Shown here one piece after another: positions 63,241-64,000 of a stretch of 64,000 bases of DNA. The notes under the pieces were generated by a model, which was not told where the DNA came from, searched no databases, and was given only the letters and a program-made list of their open reading frames with translations. The DNA lies in the NCBI GenBank assembly GCA_951406725.2, contig OX597817.1:53134001-53198000 (forward strand). The letters run 5' to 3'. The number at the start of each line of letters is the position of its first letter. Position 1 is the stretch's first letter. Both the position numbers and the translations under genes were made by a program. Origin of the DNA: Octopus vulgaris (lineage: Eukaryota).

Positions 63241-64000
63241 CATTTCGTGCCAACAAGGAAACCTTGAAAGAGATAAGGTAAGGCGTAAATAACTCGTTTT
63301 TCATCAAACACACTCCGCTTTTTACAACCGTTAACATTTCAGCTTCGCATATATTATTAAAACAAAACGTGATCTGATCAGCAACTGTGTTACTGAATTT
63401 ATATACATTTAGGTGTTTGGTCAAGAAATTAAAAAATTTTTCTTTGGGGACATTAAACTGTTGTTTGTTTGTTTTAACTTTTTAACAAATTGCATGTTTT
63501 TTTTGTTTTGTTTTTTTAGTGGCTTTAACCTTTACCTTCGGTACAGCTATTGTAAAACAAACAACGGTGCAAAGTTAGTGTACTACACACTGTGAAGGAA
63601 AGGGAGCGATAAATACGTTTCGGGCAGTTTGTCCTTTGTCAAGATAGAAAGTAGGAAAAGGGAGAATATGGTGTTAGTGTGTATGTATGAGTGTATGTGT
63701 GTATGTGTGTGCGCTTGTGCATGTGTGTGTGCGTACGTATGTGTGTGCGTGTGTGTGTGCTGAGAATATAAATATGTATGCGTTTAGCAAAGCATGATGA
63801 TGAACAATGGTGAATGGAAATAGATGAAGCTAAGTTGCTTCTGTAGATGAGAACATGTTGAATCGTGGTTTAATGCTGTTGATTCTCTAGTGGAAGTTAT
63901 GTGAACAGCGGTGTGTAAATGTGTATAAGATTGGAGAGAGAGAGTGAGCGAAGTATTAGTTATTCGGAGGATATTGATAAGATAGATGTAATAGCGAGTA

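Noticed and set aside
63240-63283. Possible small exon before gtaagg
   Set aside because: Hits a stop in the phase needed to continue CFAP210, and the acceptor is weak.

Overview
Repeat-saturated animal genomic DNA, most likely an octopus or other cephalopod (inferred from the tRNA-derived SINE types and the extreme (TA)n/(TATG)n/(GATA)n density). Most of the supplied ORF track is microsatellite noise. One host gene is well supported: five phase-compatible + strand exons (37118-54127) of a CFAP210/CCDC173-like ciliary coiled-coil protein, incomplete at both ends. The first 20 kb is a near-identical tandem duplication (offset about 11,078 bp) carrying a young CR1/L2-group LINE. The rest is nested mobile DNA: a second CR1-like LINE, RTE, Tx1, R4/NeSL-type and Hero-type RLE retroelements, Penelope-like elements, Gypsy LTR remnants, Helitrons, a mariner/maT remnant, MITEs and SINEs. 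Most interesting signals: (1) a tRNA-SINE that forms exact 184-bp head-less concatemers restarting at its own GGTATTTC site, with a 3' tail matching a Tx1 element; (2) a rearranged (pseudoknotted) hammerhead-like fold in the 3' UTR of an internally deleted Hero element; (3) several hammerhead motifs with palindromic stem III, including an inverted pair; (4) a covarying 3' stem-loop shared by LINEs and a SINE. All family assignments are from motif recognition by eye; no searches were run.
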